Positions 61,098-64,000 of a stretch of DNA of 64,000 nt are shown here, piece by piece. Position numbers and translations under genes: made by a program. Each line of letters starts with the position of its first letter. Position 1 is the first letter of the stretch. Under the pieces are notes generated by a model that saw nothing but the letters and a program-made list of their open reading frames with translations, ran no database searches and had not been told where the DNA came from. This stretch comes from Chloroflexota bacterium (GTDB lineage: Bacteria > Chloroflexota > Limnocylindria > Limnocylindrales > CSP1-4). The stretch spans positions 64,649-128,648 of the forward strand of contig JAFMJV010000003.1 of the NCBI GenBank assembly GCA_017853275.1. The letters are read 5' to 3'.

Positions 61098-62450
61098 CTA
61101 GCGCGCGGGCAGCGTCGGCCCGACCGCCGCGAAGGTCGCCACCAGCCGCCGCGATAGCTCGCCGAGCTCCTCATCCGTGATCGTGAGCGGCGGGTAGAGG
61201 CTGATGATGTCGCCGCGGGCCCCGTCCGCCATCCCGGTCCCCGGGTAGACGACGATCCCGTTCCGCAGGCCCGCCTCGCGCAGCTTCACCGCGACCCCGT
61301 CAGTGCTCTCGAAGGGTTCCTTCGTCTCCCGGTCGCGCACCAGCTCGATCCCCGCCATGAGGCCGCGGATCCGGATGTCGCCGACCCAGGGGTAGGCCCA
61401 CAGCGGATCGAGCGCGGCACGGAAGGCAGGCTCCATCGTGGCCGCCCGGCCGATCAGGCCCTCGCGATCCACGATGTCCAGGACCGCCAGCCCGGCCGCC
61501 ATCGAGACCGGGTTGCCGCCGAACGTGAAGATGTGCTCGAACGACGAGCCCGAGCGCCGGAACGCCTCGCGCAGCGGGTCGCGCACTGCGACCGCGCCGA
61601 GTGGCGCATAGCCCCCGGAGATCCCCTTGCCCATCGCGAGCAGGTCCGGCACGACCCCCCAGCGATCGATCGCGAACGGGGTCCCGGTCCGGCCGAAGCC
61701 GGTCACCACCTCGTCCACGATGAGCAGGACGCCGTACCGGTCGCAGATCTCCCGGATGAGCGGCCAGTAGTCATCCGGTGGGCTGATCGCCCCGCCGACC
61801 GATGCGATGACCGGCTCTGCGATGAACGCGGCGACACGGCCCGGCCCGGCATCGAGGATGGCCCGCTCCAGCTCCGCCGCGTAGCGCTCGCCGCAGCCGC
61901 CGTGGTCGCCACCCGCGGTGCATCGGTAGCAGTAGGGCGGGGAGATGTGCGGCACGTCCAGGAGGAGCGGCTCGTACTTCCTGCGCCGCATCCGTGCGCC
62001 ACCCACGGAGAGCGTGCCGAGCGTGGCGCCGTGGTAGCTGGTCCAGCGCGAGATGAAGACGCTCCGGTCCGGCTCGCCATGTTCCACGTGGACCTGGCGG
62101 GCCAGCTTGAGCGCGACCTCCACGGCCTCCGAGCCGCCCGACGTGAAATGGACCCAGCCGAGATCGCCGGGCGCCATGGCGGCGATGCGGGCGGCCAGCC
62201 GCTCGGCCGGCTCGGTCGCGAAGATGTTGCTTACCGCGAACGGGAGCCGGCGGGCCTGCGCCGCCATCGCATCCACGACCTCGTCCCGTCCGTAGCCCGC
62301 GTTGACGACCGCGATCCCGGCGATCGCGTCCAGGTAGCGGTTCCCCGCCACATCCGTCACCCAGACCCCGTTCGCCGAGGCGAGCACGGGGTAGGTCCGG
62401 CGCGGGTCGAGGGTGAAGAGGTGGTCGCGGTGCTCCACAGCGGTCGTCAT
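61098..62450 (-). CDS. Class III (omega-type) PLP aminotransferase
   Basis: VVNAGYGRDEV, SGGSEAVEVALKLA, LIVDEVVTGFGRTG and a putative PLP lysine in MGKGISGG. Confidence 0.85.
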   Translation of the reverse strand: MTTAVEHRDHLFTLDPRRTYPVLASANGVWVTDVAGNRYLDAIAGIAVVNAGYGRDEVVDAMAAQARRLPFAVSNIFATEPAERLAARIAAMAPGDLGWVHFTSGGSEAVEVALKLARQVHVEHGEPDRSVFISRWTSYHGATLGTLSVGGARMRRRKYEPLLLDVPHISPPYCYRCTAGGDHGGCGERYAAELERAILDAGPGRVAAFIAEPVIASVGGAISPPDDYWPLIREICDRYGVLLIVDEVVTGFGRTGTPFAIDRWGVVPDLLAMGKGISGGYAPLGAVAVRDPLREAFRRSGSSFEHIFTFGGNPVSMAAGLAVLDIVDREGLIGRAATMEPAFRAALDPLWAYPWVGDIRIRGLMAGIELVRDRETKEPFESTDGVAVKLREAGLRNGIVVYPGTGMADGARGDIISLYPPLTITDEELGELSRRLVATFAAVGPTLPAR

Positions 62451-62460
62451 GCCGCCATCA

Positions 62461-63564
62461 TCACGCGCCGATGCGGACCCCGCTCGCCGCGTCGAAGAGG
62501 TGCGCGCGTCCGGGAGCGATCGCCATGCGTACCGGTTGGCCGATCGCCAGCGGCATGTCCGGGCTCACCCGTGCGACCACCGTCGATGGGCCGAGCGACA
62601 GCTCCACGAAGGTGTCCGATCCGATCGGCTCAAGGAGCGCGACCGTGGCCGCGATCCCGTCCGTCGCGTCCGCGGACGGGTCGACCCGTACGTCCTCGGC
62701 GCGCACGCCCAGTGCCACGAGCGTGGGCGGCGTCCCGGTGAGCCCGAGCGCACCAGGGGCGCCAAGGGGCAGCTCCAGCCCATCCGCCACCAGGGTCGCG
62801 GCCTCCGCGCCCAGCCGGAGCGCTCCCTCCACGAGGCTCATCCGCGGCTTGCCCACGAAGGTCGCCACGTAGGTCGTGGCGGGCCGGCGGTAGATCTCCG
62901 TGGTCGTTCCGAACTGGACGAGCTTCCCGTCGCGCATGACCGCCACCACGTCGGAGAGGGTCATCGCCTCTTCCTGGTCGTGGGTCACGAAGACGCTCGT
63001 CGTGCCCAGGGCGAGGTGGAGGTGCTTCACCTCCGTGCGCATCCGGGCGCGCAGGGCGGCGTCCAGGTTGCTGAACGGCTCGTCGAGCAGGAAGACGAGT
63101 GGCTGCTTCACGAGCGCCCGGCCGAGCGCGACGCGTTGCTGCTGCCCGCCCGAGAGCTGGCCCGGCTTGCGCTCCAGGAGGTGCCCGATATCGAGCATCT
63201 CCGCGACCGCGCGGACGCGTGTGCGGACCTCGTCCGAGGGCCGGCGCAGGAGGCGCAGGCTGAACGCGATGTTGTCGAACGCGGTCATGTGCGGGTAGAG
63301 CGCGTAGTTCTGGAAGACCATCGCCATCCGTCGCTCGTTCGGGGGCATCCGAGTGATCTCGGTCTCGCCCAGCCGCACCACGCCGGTATCCGGGGTGTCC
63401 AGCCCGGCCACGATGTTGAGGGTCGTGCTCTTCCCGCAGCCGGACGGCCCAAGGAGCGTGACGAACGCCCCTGCGGGGATGGAGAGCGAGAGCTCGTCGA
63501 GGGCCCGCACCCGGCCGTAGTGGCGGGAGACGCCCTCAAGGTGGAGCGATGCGTCCTCGGTCAT
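62461..63564 (-). CDS. ABC transporter ATP-binding protein (MalK/UgpC/MsiK-like)
   Basis: ATG 63564 overlaps the upstream stop. Walker A GPSGCGKST, LSGGQQQRVALGRAL, LLDEPFSNLD, and a C-terminal TOBE-like regulatory domain. Confidence 0.88.
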   Translation of the reverse strand: MTEDASLHLEGVSRHYGRVRALDELSLSIPAGAFVTLLGPSGCGKSTTLNIVAGLDTPDTGVVRLGETEITRMPPNERRMAMVFQNYALYPHMTAFDNIAFSLRLLRRPSDEVRTRVRAVAEMLDIGHLLERKPGQLSGGQQQRVALGRALVKQPLVFLLDEPFSNLDAALRARMRTEVKHLHLALGTTSVFVTHDQEEAMTLSDVVAVMRDGKLVQFGTTTEIYRRPATTYVATFVGKPRMSLVEGALRLGAEAATLVADGLELPLGAPGALGLTGTPPTLVALGVRAEDVRVDPSADATDGIAATVALLEPIGSDTFVELSLGPSTVVARVSPDMPLAIGQPVRMAIAPGRAHLFDAASGVRIGA

Positions 63565-64000
63565 CGCGCGGCAGCCTCCGTGGTCGTGTCGCCGGCGCCG
63601 GTATCGAGCCGGGGCGCCAGCCTGGTCAGGGTCCATGCGAGCGCAGCGCGGATCGTCGTCTCGGCAGCCGGGCCGTCATGGGCGACGGCCGCGGCCAGGA
63701 GCCGCTCGCTGTAGCCGATCTCGAAGCCGGGGGTGCCGTCGAGCGCGAGCCGGACATAGCGATCGGCGCGCTCGCGCCACGACCGTACCTGCGCGAGGAG
63801 CTGCGGCCGTCCCGCGGCGCGGTAGCACTCGTCCTCGAACGCGGTCTCCGTCGGGAGGAAGCTCTCCAGGTCGCCGCGGGCTGCGCTCGCCCGCATGACG
63901 CCGAGCAGGTCGCTCATCCGCTGCAGCCCGCGGTCATCGATGCGCCTCGCGCCAAGGCGCGCGGCGAGACCCTCCAGCCCCGAGCGGATCGCCTGGATCT
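63561..64000 (-). CDS. GntR/FadR-family regulator, C-terminal FCD-like domain (5' end outside the window)
   Basis: The frame stays open to the window edge. The helical C-terminal domain (LEGLAARLGARRIDD..L..M..LL) resembles an FCD ligand-binding domain. The HTH is not visible. Confidence 0.5.
   Translation of the reverse strand, partial: IQAIRSGLEGLAARLGARRIDDRGLQRMSDLLGVMRASAARGDLESFLPTETAFEDECYRAAGRPQLLAQVRSWRERADRYVRLALDGTPGFEIGYSERLLAAAVAHDGPAAETTIRAALAWTLTRLAPRLDTGAGDTTTEAAAR

Noticed and set aside
1-64000. tRNA, rRNA, other structured ncRNA, integrase, transposase or phage genes
   Set aside because: Intergenic regions are short apart from 40651-41084 and 47137-47609. None showed a cloverleaf-like or rRNA-like sequence by eye, and no ORF translation resembled a recombinase or transposase. 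Absence cannot be proven without tRNAscan/Infernal.

Overview
High-GC (roughly 70%) chromosomal window from an Actinomycetota-like, F420-using bacterium. It spans the replication-origin neighbourhood. All calls come from reading the supplied ORF translations and the raw sequence by eye; no searches or computations were run, and start codons were chosen manually from RBS and overlap context.

Layout:
- 107-4231: PIM-type lipid glycosylation operon with two tandem PatA/HtrB-like acyltransferases, a PHP phosphoesterase and a PimA-like GT4.
- 4370-9318: BMP-family (nucleoside-type) ABC transporter.
- 9360-20390: an 11-kb, 11-gene LacI-controlled glycoside/aminosugar operon, bracketed by a perfect 114-bp direct repeat and lying between two convergent core genes.
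- 20471-25606, minus strand: group-3b-like [NiFe] hydrogenase operon with a fused beta-gamma subunit and a co-translated cNMP-binding-domain protein.
- 25700-35207: extracytoplasmic glycosylation locus with four GT-C modules. One is a roughly 1750-1890 aa double GT-C protein with a propeller-like insertion in the PMT catalytic loop. A GT2 polyprenol-phosphate sugar synthase sits alongside.
- 35204-40608, minus strand: DUF151 nuclease, PP2C-like membrane protein, DUF721/DciA, recF and dnaN.
- 40720-40982: candidate oriC (cluster of DnaA-box-like sites plus an AT-rich patch).
- 41085-45695: secreted RTX-like protein and an mtnK/mtnA/mtnB-like cluster that separates oriC and dnaN from dnaA.
- 45742-50749: dnaA, rpmH, rnpA, yidD, yidC and jag.
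- 50804-64000: fgd, a Grx-like/TrxR fusion and a second ABC-linked catabolic cluster under a GntR-family regulator.

I saw no rRNA, tRNA, CRISPR array, integrase or transposase. Many long ORFs in the track are antisense shadows typical of high-GC DNA and were rejected.
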